A DNA stretch of 63,883 nucleotides, the filler included, from Saprolegnia diclina VS20 (lineage: Eukaryota), in NCBI RefSeq assembly GCF_000281045.1. It is 12 parts of 6 records of this genome, joined end to end, with 100 filler letters (N's around TTAATTAATTAA, not from the genome) between each part and the next. Parts side by side here need not be neighbours in the genome. Positions count along the whole stretch, not along the records: positions 8,183 to 18,794 come from NW_008246142.1; positions 18,895 to 20,992 come from NW_008246142.1; positions 21,093 to 22,360 come from NW_008246142.1; positions 22,461 to 26,674 come from NW_008246143.1; 8 more parts are not named here. One strand, 5' to 3'. Of the stretch, positions 11,888-23,112 are shown in pieces; the first letter of the stretch is position 1; every line of letters begins with the position of its first letter. The notes beneath the pieces are model-generated. The model saw only the letters and a list, made by a program, of their open reading frames with translations. It was not told the origin of the DNA and did no database searches. The translations under genes and the position numbers were made by a program.

Positions 11888-14800
11888 ATGACATCGTACC
11901 ATCCAGTGCAAACACCAACGAACGACGTGAGCAAAGGCGACCGCGGGGTCAACCCACGCGAGACGGCGCGCTGGCCCTCGATCCTTACCATTGGCTGGAT
12001 TAGCCGCCTCATTCAGCGTGGCGCGATCGCGCCGCTGACCGAGGACGACACGTGGCCGCTGCCGGCGCACGACACGGCTGCCGCCCTCCACGATCGCTTC
12101 GAGCCGCATTGGGCGTTCGAGAAGATCCGTGCCGTGCCGCGCCTCCATTACGCGCTGTGGCTGACATTTCGCGGTCAGATCCTTCGAGACCTCTTTCTCT
12201 ACTTTGTGTACGCCGGCATGATGCTGCTGCAGCCGATTTTGATCCAGTCGATCTTGCAGTGCATCGAGCAAGACCCGGTCGTCCACACGTCCATGCACAT
12301 CACCAACGGCTACGTGTTGGCAGCGCTTCTCACGGCGCTCTCGTTCGTCTCGATTACGCTCATTGATTACGCGCAGTACTCCAACTCGCACACGGGCTGC
12401 AACGCCAAGTCGATTGTCCTCGACTTGGTCTTTCGCAAGACGCTAATGCTCTCGGGCGCGGCCGCAGTCGGTCTCTCGACCGGCGACATTGTGACGTTGG
12501 CGTCCGTCGACGCCGACCGGATCTTTATGGGCTTTAGCTTTGGCTACTGGGCGCTCGTTGGGCCGCTCATGCTGCTGGCGGTCTACATTCTGATTGGGTA
12601 CCAGCTTGGCGCCGTTGTCGGCGTCATTGGCGGCGTCACGATGTTTCTCGCCCTGTACGTTGGCTACGTCTCGGGGCGCAAGGTCGGCGACATTCGACGC
12701 GACCTTCTCAAGGTCCAAGCCAGCCGCGTCAAGCTCACGAACGAGGTGCTCCAAGGCATCCGCGTCGTCAAACTCTACGCGTGGGAGGCGAGTCTAGAAG
12801 CGCAGCTCGCGACGATCCGCGACCACGAGATTGCGCTCCTCAAGAAGTACCACACCCGCCGGACGTTTAACACCGTCTTGCTCTACATAGCGCCCGTGAT
12901 CTCGCTCGCGATCTGCCTCCTCGTGTATGTTGCACTCGGCCACACGCTCACGGCGCCGATTGCGTTCACGGCACTGGCCTATGTCAACGTCGCCCGCTTC
13001 CCGTGCACTGTCTTTTCGACGTCGATCATGATGACTGCCGAGATGCTCGCGTCGTGCGAGCGCATTGGCACCTACTTGGCGTCGACAAATGTGGTCGCCG
13101 CGATTGGTATGTCATACTGTGTTGCTCGTGGACGTGTAACGGTTTCTCATACTTCATTTTCTAAAAATAGAAGACGCGCCGGTCTACAATGGGCCGACGA
13201 CGGTCGCGATGACCGACGCTGCGTTCAGCTGGGCCACGTCAACCCCTGACATAGAGGCATCGTCGCTCACGCTTCGAGACCTCACATTCACGCTGACGCC
13301 GGGTAGCCTCACGATCGTTGTCGGGCCCGTCGGCAGCGGCAAGTCGAGTCTTGTGAGCGCGATCCTGGGCGAAATTCCCCACGTCCACGGCCATCGCAAT
13401 GTCGCGGGTCGTCTCTCGTACGTCAGCCAAGAGCCGTGGATCCAGCACGCGACGATCAAGAACAACATCCTCTTCCATGCTGACGACGACGACGATGACT
13501 ACTACCACCGGGTGCTTGCGGCGTGCCAGCTCGGACCAGACCTCGCCATGTTGCCCTTGGGCGACGCGACCGAAATTGGCGAGCGCGGCATCAACTTGAG
13601 TGGCGGCCAGAAGGCGCGTGTCAGCTTGGCCCGCAGCGTGTACCATCAATCGGCCGACATCTATCTCCTCGATGACCCGCTGAGCGCCCTCGACGTGCAT
13701 GTTGCAACGGCGGTCTTTCACGAGTGCATTCGCGGCCTCCTCGGTGGCAAGACGACGATTCTGGTCCTCAACAGTCACTACCATTTTCTCCCGCTCGCGG
13801 ACCGCGTGTTGCTCATGGACAACGGGTCGATCGTCGGTGACGGCTGCTTCGAGTCGCTCAAGACGGACTTTCCACATTTGATGAACTTTACCGAGTCCAA
13901 TGCCACACAGGACGACAATGACGACAGCGCGTCCCCATCGCTCGACAAGCCCACGCCACCCAAGGAGACGGGTGCTAGCGTCCAAAAGGCTGGCGGTGGC
14001 CTTATGGACAAGGAAGACCGCGCCACCGGGGCTGTCTCGGCTGCAACCTACAAGACCTACTTTGGCTCGAGCGGCTACAACGGGTGCGTACTTCTTGGTC
14101 ATTGTTCTTTAGATCTCATGCTGGAATGACGCTTAGGCTGGTGGTGGCGGCGTCGATTTGCGTCTTTTTGACCCTCTCGCAGACTGCGCTCGCAATGACG
14201 GACTGGTTCATGAGCTACTGGTCCAACCATGCAACCATGATGGCCAAGGTCTCGTCCGGGTACATTTACCTCGGGTGCGCGGTCGTCTCGGTCGTGCTCG
14301 TGTATGGCCGATCGCTGTACATCCTCATGGTCGCCATCAAGTGCTCCCAGTCGCTGCATGCACTGCTGCTGCGCAAGGTCCTCGCCGCACCCGTCCCAAC
14401 GTTCTTTGACGTGACGCCCATTGGTCGCATCCTCAACCGGTTCTCGAGCGATTTGGACCAAACCGACTCGCAGCTGCCGTACTTTGGGCTGCTTTTGCTG
14501 CAGTTTGTATTTCAAATCGTGGCCGTCCTCATCGTGTGCGTCGTCTCGACGCCGTACATTCTTATCGTGTACGTACCGCTCGCCTACCTCTTTTTCAAGG
14601 TCCAGCAGTACTACAACAAGTCGTCGACCGAGCTCAAGCGGCTCGAGAGCACGAGCCGGTCGCCCGTTGTCACGTCGGTCGCCGAGACACTCAGCGGTCT
14701 CTCGACGATCCGCGCCTTCAACAAAACACGCATTATCCTCGCCAAGCAGCGCGCGTCCGTCGACCACTACATGAGCTTCTCGTTCCTCTTTACGTGTGCC

Positions 14801-15811
14801 GGCCGGTGGTTCCAGATGCGCCTCGACTGGCTCAGCGCCGCCATCATCGCCGGCGTCGCCTTCATTTGCATTCTGACCAAAGCCTCGATTGGGATTGCCG
14901 CAGCGGGCTTGACGCTCACGTATGCGTCGCAGCTCTCGGTGTTTCTCTCCAACACGGCCAAGATGCTCAACATGGTCGAGAATCTCATGACGTCGGTCGA
15001 GCGACTCAGTCACTACAAGTCACTCGAGAACGAAGACGAGTCGACGATCGGTCGCGTCACTGTCGACGCAGCATGGCCCTCGGCTGGCGTCATCACCTTT
15101 TGCAACTACTCGATGCGGTACCGCGAACACCTCGACCTCGTCCTCAACCAAGTGTCGTTCACGGTGCCATCGGGCGCCAAAGTTGGCATCTGCGGCCGCA
15201 CCGGCTCGGGCAAGAGCTCGCTCATGGCCGCGCTCTTCCGCATGGTGCCAAGAGCGTCCGGTTCGATTGCCATCGATGACGTCGACATTGCGACCGTGTC
15301 GGTGACAACGCTCCGGTCGCGGCTCACGATCATCCCGCAAGACCCAGTGCTTTTCTCTGGCTCGTTGCGTTTCAACTTGGACCCGTCGGGTACTGCGGGC
15401 GATGACGAGCTCTGGCGAGTCCTCAAGCAAGTGCACTTGGCCGAAGGCGTTGCCTCGCTCGACGACGAGGTCGCGGAGCGCGGAAGCAACTTTTCGGTCG
15501 GTCAGCGCCAACTGCTCTGCATTGCGCGCGCCCTCTTGCGCAGAAGCCAGGTGGTGGTCCTGGACGAAGCCACCGCCAGCATTGACCTCGAGTCCGACAA
15601 GCGCATCCAAGCGACGATCACGGAGTGTTTTGTGGGCATCACGATGCTCATCATTGCGCATCGGCTCGACACGATCATCGACTCGGACCGGATTCTCGTG
15701 CTCGACGCTGGCCGCGTCGTCGAGTACGACACGCCCAACGTGCTGCTCGCAAAGGCCGACGGTGAATTCGCGACCCTCGCTGCGCAGGCGCAGTTGCAGC
15801 GTCCCTTGTAA
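11888..15811 (+). CDS. ABCC (MRP-like) full transporter, 3 exons (introns 13107-13170 and 14084-14136)
   Basis: TMD1-NBD1 (GPVGSGKSS, INLSGGQKARV, LLDDPLSALD)-TMD2-NBD2 (GRTGSGKSS, NFSVGQRQL, VLDEATAS). The GT..AG introns restore the frame. Confidence 0.95.
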
Positions 15812-16999
15812 CTAAAGCTTGTATCAAGGTGTCAAGTGGACGAGACTCTTTTGACAGTTTCGGCGATTGCTAGGTACGAATGCAACACAACTTGCCGCTT
15901 AAACGTGAAAATAGTTGGTTGTGGGCGTAGCCAGAACAAACTAAATTGTCTAGAACGTGCACGTAGGTGTGACGATACGACCTAGTAACCATTGTGTTTT
16001 TATTTAGATTGAGATTGAGTAGTCATTGAGAGATACCCCGGAGCAAACCCGGTTTGCGATCCAATACCCGGGAAAAACCCGGTATCGGGTTAACGTACAA
16101 CGCTAAAATAGACCGTGGTACTCTCATTTGTGGACGTGGACGAGCTGAAGAACCGGTGGCATGGGCAGGTCTTTCTGGTCGACGAAGAAAAGGCGAGCGG
16201 AAGAGATGGAGATCGACCTTGAATACGAGCGCACTTGCGTCGCGGCCGCGATCTCGTTTCGAAGATTTCTAGCCACAGAGCATACAGTATACTGTAGTGC
16301 ACGACAGCAAGCTACCCGTGAAACGCCCTCGCGTGCCCCGCAAGCAGCCGGCACCGGTTCCGGTACCACACTTGCAGCTGTCCAGGAAGACAATGTGTCA
16401 CCACCATCTGGCTCACCTGCATGTGCGGATGCTTCTTTTACGTATGGTGCACCAACGACGGAGACCAGTGACGATAAGACCAAGTCCGTTGACGATACGT
16501 ACGACACCGACGACGACGAGTTTGGGCTCTCGCATGAGTCGGAAGACTATCGCTGTGCCGTCCCACTCAGTGGCTTTGCAGATGCCGTGCGAAAGGCGGA
16601 ACGGCGAGTGCCCTCGGACACACGGTCGCTGACCTCGCCGAGCAACTGCCACGACTTTTTCCAGTGCTGCAGCCACCCCGTCGCTGGATCCGGCTGCTCG
16701 CAAGCGCTATCGTTGGATGCTTCCCGCTCATCGCACCCGCCGCGCGCCCAGACCCCGCCCCGACCTGGCTCGTCAAGCTCGGACCTCACGTAGCCTCAGC
16801 TGCGCCTTCTTCCCGGGCGGAAGTGCGTGCCACGCAGCCTTGGTAGCGGCGGCGCGAGCAGAGAAGTCCCCAAACTCGGCTACGTGGTAAAATAAAATGT
16901 CAGATAGTCGAATCATCAGTGGACTTACGAGGCACCTTTGCGTACTGCAGAGAACTGTTCGTTATAGCAGTGCGGACACGTTGTCGACGTCCGCGGTGG

Positions 17000-17290
17000 T
17001 CACCGCGGGTGCTTCGAATTGACGAAGTTCCAGCACAGTGGCGGCAATGGCACCGGTACTGGCACCTGAGCTACCGCAGCTTTGCGCGACTTTGCATGGT
17101 GGGAGGCAAACCACGCACACACCTTGGGCACCTCAACTTTGAGCTTGACCGCAATGCCTGCCAGTTCACGGTTGTGCTCCTTGTTACCGGTGACGCCGTA
17201 CTTGGCTACCAAGTCCGCAAGGACCGCTTTCGCCAACTGGCATACAATCAAATGACGACTTTCGTAGGATGTGGGTCGAATAGAGCCCAT
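17000..17290 (-). other. Homeodomain-like coding fragment next to an N gap
   Basis: ELAGIAVKLKVEVPKVCAWFASHHAKSRK resembles homeodomain helices 2-3 (IAxxLxLxxxxVxxWFxNxRxKxRK) but lacks the Asn51 equivalent. Confidence 0.35.
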
Positions 17291-20200
17291 GCATTATTGG
17301 CTATAATTCATTCTAGGAGCACAGGCATTGANNNNNNNNNNNNNNNNNNNNNNNNNNNNNNNNNNNNNNNNNNNNNNNNNNNNNNNNNNNNNNNNNNNNN
17401 NNNNNNNNNNNNNNNNNNNNNNNNNNNNNNNNNNNNNNNNNNNNNNNNNNNNNNNNNNNNNNNNNNNNNNNNNNNNNNNNNNNNNNNNNNNNNNNNNNNN
17501 NNNNNNNNNNNNNNNNNNNNNNNNNNNNNNNNNNNNNNNNNNNNNNNNNNNNNNNNNNNNNNNNNNNNNNNNNNNNNNNNNNNNNNNNNNNNNNNNNNNN
17601 NNNNNNNNNNNNNNNNNNNNNNNNNNNNNNNNNNNNNNNNNNNNNNNNNNNNNNNNNNNNNNNNNNNNNNNNNNNNNNNNNNNNNNNNNNNNNNNNNNNN
17701 NNNNNNNNNNNNNNNNNNNNNNNNNNNNNNNNNNNNNNNNNNNNNNNNNNNNNNNNNNNNNNNNNNNNNNNNNNNNNNNNNNNNNNNNNNNNNNNNNNNN
17801 NNNNNNNNNNNNNNNNNNNNNNNNNNNNNNNNNNNNNNNNNNNNNNNNNNNNNNNNNNNNNNNNNNNNNNNNNNNNNNNNNNNNNNNNNNNNNNNNNNNN
17901 NNNNNNCGGACTTCCGGTTAAATAATTACATATTCCCTTGGTTCCACCCCGTGTTGCCCATACGTGAGGCCGAGCAACCGCAGGAGGCATGCAAGTCCAC
18001 GAGGTTCATGGCGACCATCAAGATACATGTACTGTGAGCTTTGCAGCGAAGCTGCCAGAGAAGAGGATCCGCCAAGCCATCGTCCGTCATTGGCTGAAAT
18101 AAGTTGAAGATCTTCACGTCCATCTGAGATTTGTTCTCGGTCGATATCGCCCAGTCTTTCAATTTGCGGTCAAGAGCATTCGTCCCACGAGCGGCCAGCA
18201 GCAAGAGGACGGGGGCGCGACGACGCCTGCACCAACGGTGCTCCAACATGTCGCGCCCACGGCCCACAACCCACAAACGATCAAGTTGAACGAAGAAGAA
18301 GATAAGAAGGTGCCGGTCGAAGGCGCCTTCACCGTACAACCACCACGGTTGCACGCGACGACCATCCGGCGCACCGACGACCACCTCCGTATGGACGAGG
18401 TGCGCTCGCAGCCAGCTGCACGCTTGTCGTTTTGCCCAACGAGACGCCTGCTTTTGTCCGGTGACCATTGGCACCCGACCGCCGCCTTGAACGCCGTCGA
18501 CGGCAGCAGCCAACGTGCATCAAGCTACGACGTGTGCGCGGACAAGGCGGCATCGGGGCGCTTGCAAGGCGACCGATGCGGTCACGCCGCCCGGCCTCTC
18601 GGCTCGTAGATCACGAAAAGAGGCTGCACGCGCGGCTCGCCACGCGTGCATGGCACCGGTCGAGGCAAGAAGGTACGGCATCGATTGCTCTCTTGGCAGT
18701 CGCTTCCTACGCATATGTGCTAGGACTCGACCGACACGTCAAGGTGCTCAACCAGTCGAGCGCCGCCGCGACCGTCTCTCAAGGCTGCTGCGACNNNNNN
18801 NNNNNNNNNNNNNNNNNNNNNNNNNNNNNNNNNNNNNNTTAATTAATTAANNNNNNNNNNNNNNNNNNNNNNNNNNNNNNNNNNNNNNNNNNNNATCAAT
18901 GTAATGGCAGAGTTTCACCTCGACAGGCCTTGGACGGCCGATTCGAGCCAAGCGAGCAACACACCAAACTTCCTTAGTAAACGTCCGCCACTCCACGTCA
19001 TGCATGACGACGTGATTGCGAGCGTCTTGAAGACAAGGACGAAGTTCGGTGCTTTGACTGTCGCTTCTACCGGCACTGGTAGGTCGTCCTAGCTGCATAC
19101 AGTCGATCGTCGATTGGTCATTTCGACCTCGCAGCGACAACGACGGGAGGTCGATTTCATTTGGCCCAGAGGCGCAACTCGGAGGCAACTCGCGGTTCAA
19201 CCACCCACGACGTACAATAGGAACCAAGGAATACAAATCGTTAATAAGGATGGAGGAAGGAGATCTTCGCACCGCCGCAGGCGCTTGGCAGGGGTGCATG
19301 GGACTCGTTGGTGCAACTTCCTGGCGTGTCAATGTCTCGATGAATCGAGCCACGCGGGCATAGTCCTGCATTGTATCTTGGTGCACACCACTCGCAAACG
19401 TCAGTGACGTGTCCGGCGCAAAGCGCCACAGCGCTGACAAAGATGTCGGCACCAAACTTGTACTAGTACGTTGCTTCCTACCCGAGGGCGTTCGACGGTT
19501 GAGCGGCTCGGGCCACGGCGCCTCGTTGGCCAGTGCGTCCACCGAGACGTCAATGTAGAAAACGACGTGGTAGTTCAAGATCCCGTCGTCCGGAAGCTAC
19601 GAGACGATTGACGCAGCGATCGGGAGCAGTCGGAGACCAAAATGTCGACCAAGACATCAAAGAGCGCTGCATCAAGACGGCCCGAGTGGTTCGCCAAGAC
19701 AAGCATCCGGTCGCAATGTCAGCATTTGGTGCAGCAGCCTGGCCTTGTCGTGCGACGTCATCGGGGCGCGTAATTCACTGATGATGCAATCCATGACGGC
19801 GGATGGGACCAATAACGACGGTTGGCAGCGCAAGGCCGACGCAAGCCCGACGGCAAGGTTCTTGAGCGGGTCCAACACGTCGAGGACGAGACCAAGTGGC
19901 CAATCGACTGGCGCACAGCAAAGAGGAAGGCGTCGATAGCTGACACGAGGCCCTGCGGCTGACGTTGGCTCGCGTAGTTGGTGTCTTGGAGCTGCGGCGC
20001 CACTCGTGTCACGTAGTGCTCCAGCAAGAAGAGGCCCTGGACAAAGTCGCGGTCATGGATGACTGAAAGAGCTACTGAAAGTTGTTGAAGTTACGCTGCT
20101 TTTGAGAGCCTTCGAAGGGACATGATGGCGTTGCCGCTAGCTGCGAATCGGTCCCAGAAGGTCATAGACCACGTCTTCAACGGGTAGTATTAAGGCCCAC

Positions 20201-20457
20201 AAGGCTATATACTAGCGCCTACATCGAGCTGAGAAGCAAGCCAGGACGATGGTTGAAGAAATGAGAACCAAGCCGCAAGAGGTACTCCCATCTACACATA
20301 TATGTATGCATCCTTTTCTCTATACGAAGGAGATTGCTAGTCTCTACGTGTGCCAAGTCTTTGTGTCATTATGAAGATAGCGCGAAACACGTTCATATAT
20401 ACAAGACAACCAAAACCAGAGATGACACAACACACAACATTTGATATTAAAATCGTC

Positions 20458-20992
20458 TTACATCTGGAGGTGCGCCTGCTCGGCGAGCTTGGCAAACGAC
20501 CCGTCCGGAATCGCCAGCAGCGCCGTCGGCGTGTCGTACTCGACGACGCGACCCGCATCGAGCACCAGAATCCGGTCCGAGTCGATGATCGTATCGAGCC
20601 GATGGGCGATGATGAGCATCGTGATACCGACAAAGCACTCCTTGATGGTCGCCTGGATGCGCTTGTCCGACTCGAGGTCGATGTTGGCCGTCGCTTCGTC
20701 GAGGACGACCACCTTGCTCTTCCGGAGCAAAGCGCGCGCAATGCAGAGCAGCTGGCGCTGGCCCACGGAAAAGTTGCTGCCGCGCTCGGCCACCTCGTCG
20801 TCCAGCGACGCAATGCCGTCACCCAAGTGCACTTGCTTGAGGACCGTCCAGAGCTCGTCGTCGGATGCCGAACCCGACGGATCCAAGTTGAAGCGCAACG
20901 AGCCAGAGAAGAGCACTGGGTCTTGCGGGATGATCGTGAGCCGCGACCGGAGCGTCGTCACCGACACGTTGGCGATGTTGACGTCATCGATG
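20458..20992 (-). CDS. ABCC transporter paralog, 3' end only (NBD2), truncated by linker
   Basis: SVTTLRSRLTIIPQDPVLFSGSLRFNLDP...VLDEATANID...IAHRLDTIIDSDRILVLDAGRVVEYDTP is nearly identical in protein to 15270-15811 but has many synonymous differences. Confidence 0.92.
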
Positions 20993-21092
20993 NNNNNNNN
21001 NNNNNNNNNNNNNNNNNNNNNNNNNNNNNNNNNNNNTTAATTAATTAANNNNNNNNNNNNNNNNNNNNNNNNNNNNNNNNNNNNNNNNNNNN

Positions 21093-21478
21093 CCTTGGGC
21101 AGCGGCGGTGGGACCTTGCCGGCAGCAATCGCCTTCTTCTGCGCCCGACTAGAAAGTGAGAACGTGAATCCGATTGAACACAAGGACGTCGTACTGAGCA
21201 CGTTTGTATGCGGCCCTGTACGCTCGATTCGCTACGTTCCACAGCTTTTTCTTGGCCTGGAGGACTTCCTTGTGCTTCTGGCGGTACTGCTTCTCCTTCA
21301 CTGCAACCTTCTTTGCGTTCACAACCTTGTACTGCTTCTTCTTGGCCAGCATTCTTGCCTTGTGGGAGGCGTAGAACGTCTTGTCCCGCATCCGCAATTT
21401 TTCCTTGTTGGCTTCGCGGTACTTTTTGCTGGCGGCTCGTTTGCGCGCCTTCTTGTCGTCCGACGCGCTTGCTGCCAT
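21093..21478 (-). CDS. Highly basic helical-repeat hypothetical protein, 3' partial
   Basis: MAASASDDKKARKRAASKKYREANKEKLR...KQYRQKHKE. A probable intron at ~21149-21194 continues the frame to HRAQKKAIAAGKVPPPLPK and into the linker. Confidence 0.5.
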
Positions 21479-22036
21479 CGTGGCTTGTTGAAAAATGACA
21501 CCACCCGCCCTGGCACCAGCCCCATGAGCCCGTTGGATTCGATCTCGTTATCCGGATGAGTGTGAGCTGGCAGGCGGTGGTGCGTTCATTATCCGGACAT
21601 CTCCAACGGTTCGATCGATGCTCTCCAGTCGCGGTGCACGCATTGCACCTCTCTATACTGAGCCAACGGTCCTTGACGCTTCTTGGTCGAGTCTTGTTGG
21701 AGCCCAAAACTACGACTTTTATTCGACCTCTTCTCTCGCCAGCGTTGCCCAATCGACCCACAGGGCGAGCCGCTCGCTGCCTCCAAATATGTTACTACCT
21801 CTTTCGTTCTGTCAAACATGCTAGTCAAAAGCTCGATCGACTAGTTGCACCTCGCTGCATCCCAAGAGACACACGAGTCCCAACGTCGTCGATCCCACAC
21901 AAGGGCTAGGGTAGTGCGGTCGTATCTCGCACCTCAAGAAGTTGCGGGCGCACCCTGTCCACATTCGTTCTTAGCATTCAGTATCAACTACAACTAGACG
22001 ATCAACATTCTTCGTTCAAAGCTCCTATTTCATCCA

Positions 22037-22360
22037 CTACACCTGCCCAAGCGGCGCGTCAAAGCGTCTCGGAAGGCCGTTGAGAACATACGCTGACGCG
22101 TTCGAGCCGGGCGGCGCGCCAATGTGCGTCGCCACTGTCGTCGTCAGCGCTGCCACGTGCAAGCCCGCACGCCGCACTTGCAGCGAGAACGCGCGTTCAA
22201 ACACATCCGACGTCGTGTCGAATTGCAGTCGCTGATTCTTGAGCCGGTACAAGTCCCAAACGCCCGGGTTGAGGGAAAAGCCTGGCCAGTGCGCCATCGT
22301 GTGCGCTGGGTCAGCCACGCCCATCTCGAGCACGCGATACGCGACCCGACCCGAGGGGGT
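22037..22360 (-). CDS. Putative glycosyltransferase (GT-A/GT2-like) C-terminal fragment
   Basis: HWPGFSLNPGVWD...FERAFSLQV...VATHIG resembles the GT-A C-terminal pattern (FSxNP, E..F, HIG). The 5' part is lost in the linker. Confidence 0.5.
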   Translation of the reverse strand, partial: TPSGRVAYRVLEMGVADPAHTMAHWPGFSLNPGVWDLYRLKNQRLQFDTTSDVFERAFSLQVRRAGLHVAALTTTVATHIGAPPGSNASAYVLNGLPRRFDAPLGQV

Positions 22361-22460
22361 NNNNNNNNNNNNNNNNNNNNNNNNNNNNNNNNNNNNNNNN
22401 NNNNTTAATTAATTAANNNNNNNNNNNNNNNNNNNNNNNNNNNNNNNNNNNNNNNNNNNN

Positions 22461-22612
22461 GTCGGGACGGGGAGGGGTGTGTATGTTTCGGGACATTCTG
22501 TTGTAGCACTTGGCGTCGGTGTCGGCGTTGGATCTGTCGCTGTGATCAAACGCGGCAGCAAGGCAATGCTATGCGTCAGCAGTAGACACAGTGAGACGGC
22601 GTTGATGCGCAT
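22461..22612 (-). CDS. Signal-peptide-bearing N-terminus with PT-rich linker (possibly the 5' end of the 22037-22360 gene)
   Basis: MRINAVSLCLLLTHSIALLPRLITA-TDPTPTPTPSATTECP, open into the linker on the same strand. Confidence 0.45.
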
Positions 22613-23112
22613 TCGAAGCTACTTGGAGGCAAGTTGAGATGTGCTATCTGCCACGCTAACACTGGTGGTACTCTAGATACCTCGCACCGAACATTCTCGA
22701 CGAGACTGCTCTCTTCTCTGCATTCGCCGCAAGCCAGACGGACTGGGGTTTCACCTCAACAAGCCATCATCTCTGGAACGGCCAATGCAGTCGTCGGGCG
22801 CAGAGAAGTAGCTACCCCGCTGTATATATATTTGTATCGGCTGTGGTGCATCTCGCCGCCACCTCACCGGTTAATCCGTGTAGTTTGTCCCGATACAAAA
22901 GGTTTCTCGATCAGTGCAGGCGGTAGCACAGGATCATGCAGTATCAGCACATCGATTCGACGCCCCATGGCGTCCTTGCTGGTGGAAGCTGCCTGATACC
23001 ATTAGTCTCCGACCCTCTGTCTCCGGCGGTGATGGCCGTAATGCGCCTCGTGGTTGGGTCGCCATACCTCTGAACATGGAGCCAGGAACAGCCATACAAT
23101 GTGCATCATCGT

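Noticed and set aside
8708..15661. Long antisense ORFs (e.g. 8708..9577, 13239..14102, 14099..15013, 15020..15661)
   Set aside because: Shadows of GC3-biased genes on the opposite strand, with no independent motifs.
16161..16793. 210-aa ORF as a transposase or gene
   Set aside because: Low-complexity sequence with no catalytic or family motif recognised.
16919..18037. 372-aa ORF and other X-containing ORFs spanning gaps
   Set aside because: Their length comes from runs of N.
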